DNA of 64,000 nt from Rhodocyclales bacterium (GTDB lineage: Bacteria > Pseudomonadota > Gammaproteobacteria > Burkholderiales > Rhodocyclaceae): assembly GCA_026399415.1 (NCBI GenBank), contig JAPLQZ010000213.1, forward strand, positions 2,738 to 66,737, in the 5' to 3' direction. Below the pieces are notes generated by a model. That model did no database searches. It was not told the DNA's origin and saw nothing but the letters and a program-made list of their open reading frames with translations. The translations under genes and the position numbers were made by a program. This document shows, piece after piece, positions 32,325-41,812 of the stretch (position 1 is its first letter; each line of letters starts with the position of its first letter).

Positions 32325-33530
32325 ATGGAAGCGTTCCAATACCAGGCGCTGGATGCCACGGGCCGCATGGTTTCCGGCGTGTTGCAGGCCGATACGCCGC
32401 GCCAGGCGCGCAACCAGTTGCGTGCGCTGGGACTGCTGCCATCGGCGGTCGACCAGGTGCATGCGCGCGAACGCGCACGCCAGGTGTGGGCGCGGGGGAT
32501 CTCGGCGGCCGAACTGAGTCTGGTGACGCGACAAATGGCGACACTGCTCGACTCCGGCCTGACCATGGAGCAGTCGCTCAACGCGCTGATCGAGGAAGCC
32601 GCCGAGCCGATGACGCGGGAAGTACTCACGGGCGTCAAGACCGAAGTGACGGCCGGCCTTTCGCTGGCCAACGCCCTGGGCGCCTATGAAAAAAGCTTTC
32701 CGGATTTCTACCGGGCGCTGGTACATGGCGGCGAGGAATCGGGCGCACTGCCGACCGTGCTGCAACATCTGGCCGACTATCTCGACGCGCGCCAGTCGCT
32801 GAAGCAGAAAACCGGCCTGGCCCTGCTCTACCCTATCCTGGTGACCATCGTGGCGATCATGATCGTCACCGGCTTGCTGGTCTATGTAGTGCCGCAGGTG
32901 GTACAGGTGTTCCAGCAGTCGCGACAAAGCCTGCCCCTGCTGACGCGGGCGCTGATCGCGCTGAGCGACCTGCTGCGCGAAACCGGACCCTGGCTGCTGC
33001 TCGCACTGGGCGGCGGATTTGCAGCCGCGCACGTGGCGCTGCGGCGCGATGCGACAAGGCGCCACTGGCATGGCCTGCTGTTGCGCCTGCCCGGTCTGGG
33101 GCCGCTGATTCGCGGCATCAATACCTCGCGCTTTGCCAGCACGCTGGCCATCCTGGTCGGCGGCGGTGTGCCGCTGCTTTCCGCGCTGGCTTCCGGATCG
33201 CGTGTCATGACCAACATGGTGTTGCGGGATGCGGTCGAGCGTGCCATCGAGCGGGTGCGCGAAGGCGCCGGGCTGGCCCGCGCCCTGGGTGAAACGCGCG
33301 CGTTTCCACCGCTCCTGATTCACCTGGTGGCCAGCGGCGAAGTGAGCGGAAAGCTGGAGCAGATGCTGCAGCGCGCCGCGCAGCTTGAGACTCAGGCCCT
33401 GGAGCGGCGCCTGACCGTGCTGCTGACGCTGCTCGAGCCAGTGATGATTCTGGTGATGGGCGGCATCGTGCTGCTGATCGTGCTCGCGATCCTGCTGCCG
33501 ATCATTGAAATCAACCAGCTGGTGCATTGA
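32325..33530 (+). CDS. gspF: T2SS inner-membrane protein F
   Basis: TRQMATLL.SG, GEESG.L, YP, SGE.SG.L, LLEP. Confidence 0.95.
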   Translation: MEAFQYQALDATGRMVSGVLQADTPRQARNQLRALGLLPSAVDQVHARERARQVWARGISAAELSLVTRQMATLLDSGLTMEQSLNALIEEAAEPMTREVLTGVKTEVTAGLSLANALGAYEKSFPDFYRALVHGGEESGALPTVLQHLADYLDARQSLKQKTGLALLYPILVTIVAIMIVTGLLVYVVPQVVQVFQQSRQSLPLLTRALIALSDLLRETGPWLLLALGGGFAAAHVALRRDATRRHWHGLLLRLPGLGPLIRGINTSRFASTLAILVGGGVPLLSALASGSRVMTNMVLRDAVERAIERVREGAGLARALGETRAFPPLLIHLVASGEVSGKLEQMLQRAAQLETQALERRLTVLLTLLEPVMILVMGGIVLLIVLAILLPIIEINQLVH

Positions 33531-33568
33531 TCTGTCCAACCGGAGCATTCGAAAGATTGTCTGGCCTA

Positions 33569-33584
33569 TGTACGACAGCGTACA
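33569..33584 (+). promoter_or_regulatory. Operator TGTACG-ACAG-CGTACA; GATAGT at 33606
   Basis: Perfect arms upstream of the ice-binding gene. Confidence 0.75.
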
Positions 33585-33723
33585 GAATGCCTCGCGACAA
33601 ACGCGGATAGTCGTTATCAAGACGCAAGGCACCGGAACACCGGTGGCGTGCGCAGGGATTCGCGACTGTAATGACACAGCCGCACACCGATGCCTTTCGG
33701 GATCCCATAATCAGGAGACACAC

Positions 33724-34950
33724 ATGAACAGATTCGACAGTCCTTTCAAACCACTCTTGTGGCTCATGGCGCTACTGCTGTCGGCTTTTCTGGCGGCATG
33801 CGGCGGTGGCGGTGGCGGTGGTGGCGGCGGCACGACTGCCGCTCCTGCCGGTCCGGCAAACGTGATCCCCGGTGCTGCCGGCAGTCCCGGAGCCGCAGCC
33901 ACCAATCCCACGGTGAATTCCTCCAGCCCGGGTAGCGGCGCCACGAACGTACCCACCACCACCAAGAGCAACACCAACGTCGTGAGCGTGAAGCTGCTGA
34001 CCGCAACCTTCAATGCCGCGATGACGCCGGCAACGATCGTATCGCCGGCAACCACGTTCACGCTCAGGGACAATACGCTTGGAGCCAATGTACCCGGCAC
34101 CGTCACCATAAATGGCGCGTTCACGATTGCGACCTTTACGCCAGGAGTCGCCAATCTCAACGCGGCTACCAGCTATACCGCCACCATCAGCACCGCTGCC
34201 AAGAACGCCGGTGGTACCGCGATGCCCAATCCGGTGGTGTGGAGCTTCACCACGGCCGCCGTGCTGACCACCGGTCACGCACCGGTAGACCTGGGAGCGG
34301 CGGGTAACTTCGTGGTCTTCTCGAACACGGCAATCACGTCCGTATTCCCGTCCGATGTCAAGGGCAGCATTGGAACGGCTGGCACCGGTTCCGATACCAC
34401 CATCACCTGCCCTGAAATTACGGCAGGAGGAACGGTATGGTCCGTCGATGCCACCTACCCCGATGCAGCATGCCTGACCATTGACGGTCCTAACGTCGGC
34501 ATCGCTGCCGGCGCCATGGGGGCCGCCATCACCGACGCCAAGGGACGAACCATTCCTGACTTCACCAATCTCGGTGCCGGCACCATCGGCGGCCTGGTAC
34601 TCGCTCCCGGTCTCTATAAATGGACCGGTGCGGGCGGCGTAACGATCGACAATACCGGGGTCACCATCACGGGCGGCGCTGACGACGTCTGGATCTTCCA
34701 GATCGACAGCAACCTCACGGTGCAAAACAACGCCACCATCACCCTCGGCGGTTCCGCGCAGGCCAAGAACATCTTCTGGCAGGTCGGCGGCGTTGCGGGT
34801 GCGGTGATTGGATCGGCCGTTGCTTTCAAGGGAATAATCCTGGCTGACACCGGAATCACCCTGGACAGCGGCTCGACAGTGCTTGGCAGGCTGTATTCAA
34901 ACCCCGCGATCACTTTCAAGACCAATACCATTACCCCGCCCGCGCCGTAA
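33724..34950 (+). CDS. Lipoprotein with Ig-like (Big_5) domain and DUF3494 ice-binding domain
   Basis: Lipobox LAAC + poly-Gly; P..GATNVP..ATF..M..WSFTT; LGAAGNF..LAPGLYKW..VWIFQI..AQAKNIFWQV..GRL. Confidence 0.88.
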   Translation: MNRFDSPFKPLLWLMALLLSAFLAACGGGGGGGGGGTTAAPAGPANVIPGAAGSPGAAATNPTVNSSSPGSGATNVPTTTKSNTNVVSVKLLTATFNAAMTPATIVSPATTFTLRDNTLGANVPGTVTINGAFTIATFTPGVANLNAATSYTATISTAAKNAGGTAMPNPVVWSFTTAAVLTTGHAPVDLGAAGNFVVFSNTAITSVFPSDVKGSIGTAGTGSDTTITCPEITAGGTVWSVDATYPDAACLTIDGPNVGIAAGAMGAAITDAKGRTIPDFTNLGAGTIGGLVLAPGLYKWTGAGGVTIDNTGVTITGGADDVWIFQIDSNLTVQNNATITLGGSAQAKNIFWQVGGVAGAVIGSAVAFKGIILADTGITLDSGSTVLGRLYSNPAITFKTNTITPPAP

Positions 34951-34980
34951 CCCATGGCAGACTGGCGGTAAATGCAGGAA

Positions 34981-35008
34981 AGAAAGGCCGTCGGAAGACG
35001 GCCTTTCT
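34981..35008 (+). terminator. Intrinsic terminator
   Basis: agaaaggccgtc-ggaa-gacggcctttct, 12-bp stem. Confidence 0.75.
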
Positions 35009-35075
35009 CATCAGCGCTAGACTGCGACGACAACGAGAACTCGCGCGATGAATCATCGGACTGTCCGCAAGCACC

Positions 35076-36413
35076 ATGAAGTGGTTTAAGCGCCTGCTGA
35101 TCGCTCTGGCGGTGCTGCTCGCGATCGCGGCGGCATTGCCGTTCCTCGTCTCGCTCAACGACTACATCCCGCGCATCGAACAGGAAGTCTCGGCCAGGCT
35201 CAAGGAGCCCGTGTCGATCAAGAGCATCCGGTTCACGGCCCTGCCCTTGCCGCATGTCGCTGTCGCCGGCATCACGATCGGCAAAGCGGATGACATCAGG
35301 CTTGGCACAGTGACGGTCACCCCTTATCTGTCCTCGCTGCTTCAATCCACCAGGGTCATCAGGAGCATCGAAATCGACTCCCCGGTACTGACGCGGAAGG
35401 GGATCGACGCCATTGCCGCCCTCGTCAAATCCGAATCCGCCAGGGCGCCGCAACAACCGCCACCGGTGCGGGTCGAAAGCATCGCTCTCAGCAACGTGGT
35501 GGTCATGCTCGACAAGGCTTCATTCGGCCCGTTTGATGCGGGGGTGCGGCTTGACAGCACGGGCGCACCGGAGGATGCATCCGTTAAATCACAGGACGGC
35601 AAATTCGAGGCGCTCATCAAGCTCGACAATTCGAAATACCTGATCGACGCAAAGGCAAAGGCATGGACATTGCCAGCCGGTCCGGCACTCGTGTTCGACG
35701 AATTGACCATCAAGGGAGTGGCGACACAGAACGATGCCACTCTGGACCAGATCAGCGCCAGGCTCTATGGCGGCACAGCCAGCGGCAAAATGGCGATCAA
35801 CTGGAAAGCGGGGCTGCGAGTCGAAGGCAATCTCGAGCTAAGCAGGCTGGAGTTGCAGGAAGTCGCCGCAATGCTGTCGCCCGGCACCCGCGTCAGCGGC
35901 AAGCTCGATGCCAGGCCGGTTTTCTCGGCCGCGCCAGTCGCTGCGGACCAGATGATGAAAACATTCCGGCTGCAAACCCCCTTCAACATTCAGAACGGCG
36001 CGCTGCACGGTGTCGATATCCAGAACGCCGCCACGTCCCTGATCAAGCAGGGAAGCACCGGCGGCGAAACCCGTTTCGAGCATCTGTCCGGGCATCTTCT
36101 GGTGGAGCATGGCAGCCACCATTTCACCGAGCTCAAGATCGCCTCGGGGGCGCTGGCCGCCGACGGCAGGGTGAGCGTGTCACCGAAGAAGGAACTGTCG
36201 GGGAGGATCAACGCCCAGATCAAGGCGGTGGGCACCAGCGCCAACGTGCCGCTCAATGTCGGAGGGACGGTCGGCGCGCCGTTGCTCTACCCGACCGGTG
36301 CGGCCATGGCGGGCGCCGCGGTCGGGACTGTCCTGCTGGGCCCGGGATTCGGTACTTCGATGGGCGCGAAAGTCGGGAACTGGGCCGAAAGAGTCTTCGA
36401 CAAGAAGCGATAG
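35076..36413 (+). CDS. AsmA family protein
   Basis: N-terminal anchor, LPLPH, LYGG, G.L.G.D, G.T.F..L. Confidence 0.75.
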   Translation: MKWFKRLLIALAVLLAIAAALPFLVSLNDYIPRIEQEVSARLKEPVSIKSIRFTALPLPHVAVAGITIGKADDIRLGTVTVTPYLSSLLQSTRVIRSIEIDSPVLTRKGIDAIAALVKSESARAPQQPPPVRVESIALSNVVVMLDKASFGPFDAGVRLDSTGAPEDASVKSQDGKFEALIKLDNSKYLIDAKAKAWTLPAGPALVFDELTIKGVATQNDATLDQISARLYGGTASGKMAINWKAGLRVEGNLELSRLELQEVAAMLSPGTRVSGKLDARPVFSAAPVAADQMMKTFRLQTPFNIQNGALHGVDIQNAATSLIKQGSTGGETRFEHLSGHLLVEHGSHHFTELKIASGALAADGRVSVSPKKELSGRINAQIKAVGTSANVPLNVGGTVGAPLLYPTGAAMAGAAVGTVLLGPGFGTSMGAKVGNWAERVFDKKR

Positions 36414-36428
36414 AGAGAACGAAAACAA

Positions 36429-36463
36429 AGCCCGAAACGGCAATCCCGTTTCGGGCTATTTTT
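36429..36463 (+). terminator. Intrinsic terminator
   Basis: agcccgaaacgg-caatc-ccgtttcgggct followed by a T-run. Confidence 0.75.
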
Positions 36464-36578
36464 CGAGGGGTCTCGCTGCTGCGGCAACCCGCAAGCTGCG
36501 CAGCACCGGAGATCGAGTTTCTGCTACCGGGTCGTCGACCCGCATGAATGAAGTCGACGACGGGAAGCGTCCCGTCAA

Positions 36579-37274
36579 TCAAAAGCCTACTATGTTCCTG
36601 TTCGGCACCCTCGGCGGGATAACAAATCCATCCCTGACGGCCCTGGTTTCAAACTTGGCGGCATCCGCCATTTGACCGTCCCGATTATAGATATTGGCTA
36701 CCTCCCAGCTCGCCTTGCCCAGGCCGAGTTCGGCGGCAATGCGCATCCATTGTTCGGTGCGGTGCGGATCTTTGGGCAGGCCCTGAGTGCCTTTTTGATA
36801 CATTTTGGCTACGCGATACGCCGATTCCTTGCTACCGCGCATTGCCTGGATCAATTCATCGCGATACGCCTGATTGCCGGTCGGCTCTTCGATGGCTTCG
36901 GAAGTAAGTTTGGCCTCCTGCTGGGCCAGAAACGCCTTTTGGGCACCCGCGTGGATCTTCCTGTTGGCCTGCGCGTACCGGCTCTTCGGAAAATCCATCC
37001 TGAACTCCGCGCTGCGCTTGATCAATATCTCCGGCTGAACGGTCTGCTGAACTTCCTGCCATCTTGTTTCCATTGCCGGGAATAGGGAATTCACGTTGCG
37101 TACAGCCGCATTGGTCGTATCGGCCAAAGCCAGTTTCTGCGTTTCGCGCTGCCCGATGGCCGACGAAGGTTCTTCGGACGAATGGGCAACGAGCGGTGAC
37201 AAAAAGGTGGCAGAACCAAAAACGGTGGTGGCAAGCAGCAATCTGGTTGCTTGAAGCAAAGCTATCGATTTCAT
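36579..37274 (-). CDS. Secreted Sel1-like repeat protein
   Basis: Signal peptide; AYRVAKMYQKGTQGLPKD...AAELG. Confidence 0.65.
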   Translation of the reverse strand: MKSIALLQATRLLLATTVFGSATFLSPLVAHSSEEPSSAIGQRETQKLALADTTNAAVRNVNSLFPAMETRWQEVQQTVQPEILIKRSAEFRMDFPKSRYAQANRKIHAGAQKAFLAQQEAKLTSEAIEEPTGNQAYRDELIQAMRGSKESAYRVAKMYQKGTQGLPKDPHRTEQWMRIAAELGLGKASWEVANIYNRDGQMADAAKFETRAVRDGFVIPPRVPNRNIVGF

Positions 37275-37425
37275 GAAAACTCCTTTAACAATCACGACCG
37301 CCGGTCACACCTTGGGCGGTTTCGATACCGCCGCGGTGTCCGCCGAAAGGGCTGGCATGGAACCTGGCAGCACGTCAGTCCCTTCGGAACTGATCCCGAA
37401 TGTACGCAGGACGCGCGATCGAATC

Positions 37426-37441
37426 TGTACGGCACCGCACT
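37426..37441 (-). promoter_or_regulatory. Operator TGTACG-GCAC-CGCACT; -10 TACATT at 37404 (-)
   Basis: Upstream of the Sel1 gene. Confidence 0.7.
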
Positions 37442-37562
37442 TAGCCTGAATATTTCCAGCGACCAGCCCATGCGGCAGCAGGGTTTTGTCGCAGCGGCTA
37501 CCCGACCGGTGCGGCCGTAGCGGGCGCTGCAGTCGGGACTGTCCTGCTGGGCCCGGATCAAA

Positions 37563-38966
37563 CTAGATGCGCCACTCCAGGTAGGAATAGATGTAGTTGG
37601 AACCGCCGTTCACGTTGCCGAGCAGGCGCGACGTGCCGAAAACGCCCGAGCGATGCGACACGCCCAGACCGAGATAGGTTTCACGCATGGAGCGGACGCC
37701 GATCAAATCGCCGACGCTGATGTCGACGCTGGGATCGAGGTAATTGAGCAGCCGCGAACTGCTGCGTCCGCGTGCCAGCTGGTCGCGCATTTCGACGTAG
37801 GGTACGCGCTCCGCATACGAGAGCCCGATACCCATGCCGAGGCGGGTACGCACGCGCTCACTCCACGGAAATCCGTAGTAATAGGCTTTCATGTAGGCAT
37901 TGGCCTGCCAGGAGTCCTCCTGCAGGCCACGCTCGCTGTGCCTCAGAAGCCCGGCGTAGCCTACGAAATCGAGCGGCCAGCCGTTCAGGCGCTCGATAAA
38001 GGGGCGGCCCACCTCAATCGCGGTGACACGCGTCTGGTCGATGGTGTTGGTCGAAAAGCATTTGAGCAGCATCACCTGGGCGACATCGCAATCGGTCGCC
38101 TTGCCGTGCAGCACCTTGACGATCAGCGGCCGGCCTTCGGGCCAGGCATCATGCTGCGGAGAAAAATCGTAGGCCAGGCCGAGTTGCCCGGCCAGCTGGG
38201 TGCGGTTCTCGACGATGGGACTGGCGCGCACGCCCGACGACCAGTGCTTGGCGGAGACGCCGCCGAGCAGTCGCCAGCGCTCGGAGAGCCGGTAGGTAGC
38301 CGACAAGCCGAGTTCGGCATTGACGCCGCTGCCCGGATCATAGGCGGCGCGCGTCGTCGTCGCTTCGGACGGCCGCACGCCATAGTAGTAATTGTTCAGG
38401 CTGGCGTCGCGAAAGGACAGCGCCAGCTGGGGCTGCAACTGCAGCTTGCCGATGTTCCAGTCGTAGCGGTAGCCGCCGCGGACTTCGGTGCCGTTGGATC
38501 CGCCGGTGGCGTCTCGCAATACGGTGGCAAAGAGTGTTCCCCACGGCTGGCGGTACTGATAGCCGAGACCCAGGTCGACGCCCGGCCCACGATTGGCCAT
38601 GCCGGCCAGACTTGCCGGAATGCGGTCGTAGGGATAGCCCTCGAAACGATACGCGGCAAACACGTCGAAGCGCGAATCAGGCGTTTCATTCAGCTTGAGA
38701 CCCACCCGATAGGCTTCGAGGAAGACGCGCTTGCCTTCATACACGTAGATCGGTACAAAGTCGTGGCGCGTGCCGCCGCCGCGATAGGGTGAGTTCTCGA
38801 AGTGCGTGGCGAGGCCCATCCCCGCACCGCCGGTGGCCACCGGCACGGTCTCGGCCAGAATGGGCGGCGGATATTTTTCTTGCGCCACCGCGTAGCCCGG
38901 CAACATGGACAGGCACAGGGCAATAGTCGCCGTTGCCCGCACCGGATATCCGACGCCATTGCTCAT
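37563..38966 (-). CDS. MipA/OmpV family outer-membrane protein with extra C-terminal domain
   Basis: SPYRG, NNYYYGV, SPIV motifs; C-terminal LNYLD..HRSG.FG. Confidence 0.8.
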   Translation of the reverse strand: MSNGVGYPVRATATIALCLSMLPGYAVAQEKYPPPILAETVPVATGGAGMGLATHFENSPYRGGGTRHDFVPIYVYEGKRVFLEAYRVGLKLNETPDSRFDVFAAYRFEGYPYDRIPASLAGMANRGPGVDLGLGYQYRQPWGTLFATVLRDATGGSNGTEVRGGYRYDWNIGKLQLQPQLALSFRDASLNNYYYGVRPSEATTTRAAYDPGSGVNAELGLSATYRLSERWRLLGGVSAKHWSSGVRASPIVENRTQLAGQLGLAYDFSPQHDAWPEGRPLIVKVLHGKATDCDVAQVMLLKCFSTNTIDQTRVTAIEVGRPFIERLNGWPLDFVGYAGLLRHSERGLQEDSWQANAYMKAYYYGFPWSERVRTRLGMGIGLSYAERVPYVEMRDQLARGRSSSRLLNYLDPSVDISVGDLIGVRSMRETYLGLGVSHRSGVFGTSRLLGNVNGGSNYIYSYLEWRI

Positions 38967-39034
38967 TGATTCATGCTCCGTTCAACGTCGGCAATTCATG
39001 ACTTGCCATCCACGAAAATATGGCCCGGGATTGC

Positions 39035-39544
39035 TTAGCGGCCGCCCAGATCCTGAATCGCATCGACGACCATTCCGGTGCCGATCGCCATCAGCAATAT
39101 GTCGCTGGCCACACGCACGTAGCGATAGCCGGAAGGCGGCACGCCAATCTGCACTACCAGCGGCTGCGGTACCGAGTAATAGACCACGTCGCGCGGCAAC
39201 GGGTATCCGACCTGCCACTTTCTTTCCTGTCCCGGCGGCATGCAGCCGTTGTGCTTCTTCGCCAGGCCCGGCGGGCAGCGGCCGCGGCGGAATTGCTGGC
39301 CGTAGTAGTCACGCACCATGACCTGGTGCTGGTCATTGAAGTGGCGGTTTTGTCCGTCGAAACGGCGGCCATCGTCCTGCCGCGATTGCCTGTTGTCATC
39401 GCGACGGTCGTCTCTTTGCTCGCCGCGCTGCTCGTCCTTTTGATGGCCCTTGCCGCCCTTGTCGGCCAGCGCCGGACCTGTTGCTAGAATTCCGGCGAGA
39501 CAAATCGCCAATGCACACTTTGTCTTCAGCGAAACGCGGTTCAT
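39035..39544 (-). CDS. RcnB-like periplasmic protein
   Basis: Signal peptide; CPPGLAKK..GCMPPGQ..PP.GYRYV..DILL. Confidence 0.75.
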   Translation of the reverse strand: MNRVSLKTKCALAICLAGILATGPALADKGGKGHQKDEQRGEQRDDRRDDNRQSRQDDGRRFDGQNRHFNDQHQVMVRDYYGQQFRRGRCPPGLAKKHNGCMPPGQERKWQVGYPLPRDVVYYSVPQPLVVQIGVPPSGYRYVRVASDILLMAIGTGMVVDAIQDLGGR

Positions 39545-39621
39545 GTTGAATCTCCAGTGAAAGGATGTCCGGATCGTCGATCCGTCGGTGGCCGAGCGTG
39601 ACACCATTCTTGCGGCCGTTC

Positions 39622-39637
39622 TGTGCGCTACCGAACA
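39622..39637 (-). promoter_or_regulatory. Operator TGTGCG-CTAC-CGAACA; CACGCT at 39600 (-)
   Basis: Upstream of RcnB-like/MipA genes. Confidence 0.65.
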
Positions 39638-39675
39638 TAAAGCGGGCGGCGACGCGTTTGCGCCAGACACCAGGA

Positions 39676-40659
39676 CTACTTGTCCCGGCCCATGCGCTGC
39701 AGGATCATTGCGCGAGTCTCGCCTACCGAAGCCGCAAACGGACTCATGTCGGGCTGCGCGGCCCAGTCGATAAGCTCCAGCGCCTCTTCGTTGCGCCCCA
39801 GATCGGAGAGTATCTGGGCGAGGTTGTTCGCCACGGCCACGGAATCCGGATGGCGTGCGAAGACGTGCCTCAGCAGGGTCTCCGCTTCCCTGAGTTCGCC
39901 CAGCGCGTAATGCCGGTTGGCCAGGCCGATACCGGCTGCCACATTGTCCGGCCAGCGCCCGAGGAAGGTCGAGTAGGCGACAATCGCTGCGCGAGCTTCG
40001 CCGACACGGTCCATGGCAGCGATCGCGGCCAGGTAATCCGGCTCGGTCGCCGTTGCCGCAAGGCGATCGGGAGGCATGGTCACCATCGCCCAGTAGTTGC
40101 CTCTTTTCCACGTGTATTCGAAGATAGTGAACGGGATGGCCAGCCGCTCGGTCTCGCCCGAACGCAGGTACAACTCGCCGGCGGGATAGTCGAAGCCGAC
40201 CACCACCGCATAATGCCAACTGGTGACCGGGCCGATGCCGATGTCCTGGAGCACGATGACCGGATTGCCCGCCGCAACTTCCCGCAGCAGGTCATCGAAG
40301 GCCGGCGCGAGCCGGTATGAAACCTTGCTGTAGCGGCGCGGCGCGGCCAGCATTTCAATCTGCAGGCTGCCCTCCCGCCCCGGCAGGTAGACCCGCTTGA
40401 CGAGGTCTTCCGGGGTAACTTGTGCGCCGGCATGAACCAGCGTCGTCGCCAGCGCCGCCGGCCCGCACTGATACTCCTGCTGCGCAAAGAACGGCACCGC
40501 CGTGAGTTCGGTCCTGACGGCGACGCCTGCCGGCCAGACATCGCGCAGCCCCATGGTCTGCGGCACCAGCGACGCGCAGCCGCCAAGCACAGCCAGAAGC
40601 GAGAATGCGCCCGCGGTGAGGCGGGCGCATCCGTACCAGGCGAGCAAATCGGGCATCAC
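39676..40659 (-). CDS. PA2778-family C39-like cysteine peptidase with TPR
   Basis: VPFFAQ..YQCGPAALA, WHYAVVVG, C-terminal TPR; lipobox LGGC. Confidence 0.85.
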   Translation of the reverse strand: MMPDLLAWYGCARLTAGAFSLLAVLGGCASLVPQTMGLRDVWPAGVAVRTELTAVPFFAQQEYQCGPAALATTLVHAGAQVTPEDLVKRVYLPGREGSLQIEMLAAPRRYSKVSYRLAPAFDDLLREVAAGNPVIVLQDIGIGPVTSWHYAVVVGFDYPAGELYLRSGETERLAIPFTIFEYTWKRGNYWAMVTMPPDRLAATATEPDYLAAIAAMDRVGEARAAIVAYSTFLGRWPDNVAAGIGLANRHYALGELREAETLLRHVFARHPDSVAVANNLAQILSDLGRNEEALELIDWAAQPDMSPFAASVGETRAMILQRMGRDK

Positions 40660-40708
40660 TGTCTCTCGTGCATCAGTTCATGGTCCCCACGCCTGCGCGC
40701 TTTGATTT

Positions 40709-41062
40709 CTAGCGACGGAAAGCAAAGTACCAGATGAAGAAGACAACCAGTATGAGCGCGATCAGGCCATCACCACCAGCAGGAACCGCACTGATCTTGC
40801 CGGCGAGCGTGCTGACTTCATCGTCGGTCATCGCGGCAACGCGGTCGATCGCGTCCTGCGCATTCAGACCCAGGACCTGGAACTCGTTCACGGTCTGTGC
40901 GCGGCTCAGGTAGCTCGATACGAGGTTGCGGTCAAGTTGGACGCTGGCGGCGGCATTCACCTGATCCGTGCCGATCATGCTGGCCTGTCCGGTCTGGAAG
41001 GGCAGCGTAATCAGCGCAATGGCGAGAAAGCGGCAAATCATTTTCTTGAATGCGGAAGTCAT
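40709..41062 (-). CDS. PA2779-family protein
   Basis: A.MIGT..RVAAMTD.E..L...PAGG + C-terminal TM. Confidence 0.85.
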   Translation of the reverse strand: MTSAFKKMICRFLAIALITLPFQTGQASMIGTDQVNAAASVQLDRNLVSSYLSRAQTVNEFQVLGLNAQDAIDRVAAMTDDEVSTLAGKISAVPAGGDGLIALILVVFFIWYFAFRR

Positions 41063-41156
41063 GTCTATCTCCTTTGATGAATCAAGTCGGAATCGCCCCC
41101 ACGTCAAAAATCGTGTGAACGTGACCGTGAATATGGCCTCGTCCCTCGTCCCGTTC

Positions 41157-41172
41157 TGTGCGTTAGCGCACT
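41157..41172 (-). promoter_or_regulatory. Operator TGTGCG-TTAG-CGCACT; -10 CATATT at 41135 (-)
   Basis: Upstream of PA2779/PA2778. Confidence 0.72.
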
Positions 41173-41292
41173 GATCGCAAGACTTGTTGTCGTAAAGGCC
41201 GCTTCAGCCTGATTCGACAAGAATCGCCGTATCATCAGCGCCGACTCCTGACTTTCACGCGCGGCGAATGCCTTGCCGCCACATTCGGCCTA

Positions 41293-41308
41293 TGTGCGCC
41301 ACCGCGCA
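41293..41308 (+). promoter_or_regulatory. Operator-like TGTGCG-CCAC-CGCGCA; GATAAT at 41329
   Basis: No obvious + strand gene follows. Confidence 0.45.
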
Positions 41309-41526
41309 GCCGGGCACGCATGGATGTCGATAATCGGCACACGGACTTGCATCGGCCGGCGGAAGCCTCCGCTTTTCCGGCGCCCAGGGTCGACGAAGCC
41401 GGCGCACCGTTCTTTGTCCTGATGTATTCGGCAATACAAAGCTTCTTCCGCCGCGACCGATAGGCCTGGGTACTGCCGGAAAACCGGGAGTTGTTCCCTT
41501 CTGGCACGTGAGCACGAGGCTTTGGG

Positions 41527-41745
41527 CTAGTAACGGCGAGGGTCGTCCGGACGGCGATCCTGGCGATTGGGAACACCATCGCCATCCCGGTCACGATCGG
41601 CGCGATCACGGATTCCATCGTGATCACGATCGCGATCCCGGCTCTGATTCTGATGCGGGCCACCATCCCGGTAGGGGACTTCGTAGACGGCACAGCCGGA
41701 CACGAGACTGCCGGTGACGATCAACAGCAAGGCAAGCTTTTTCAT
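41527..41745 (-). CDS. Small lipoprotein with DxDGDG (TSP3-like) repeats
   Basis: Lipobox VSGC; DRDHDG, DRDGDGVPNRQD; AGGAG RBS. Confidence 0.75.
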   Translation of the reverse strand: MKKLALLLIVTGSLVSGCAVYEVPYRDGGPHQNQSRDRDRDHDGIRDRADRDRDGDGVPNRQDRRPDDPRRY

Positions 41746-41812
41746 ATCTTCTCCTGAACAAAGCGACTCAATGCCGGAGGCACGAGCCTGTATCGATTCC
41801 GCTGCAAGTGCA

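Larger units (their letters stand above)
36287..37556 (+). repeat. 59-bp direct repeat (36287-36345 / 37498-37556), 4 mismatches
   Basis: Second copy duplicates part of the asmA 3' region and flanks the Sel1 gene. Confidence 0.85.

Noticed and set aside
33802-33831. GGC/GGT run as a phase-variable repeat
   Set aside because: Triplet, mixed-codon poly-Gly linker; cannot shift the reading frame.
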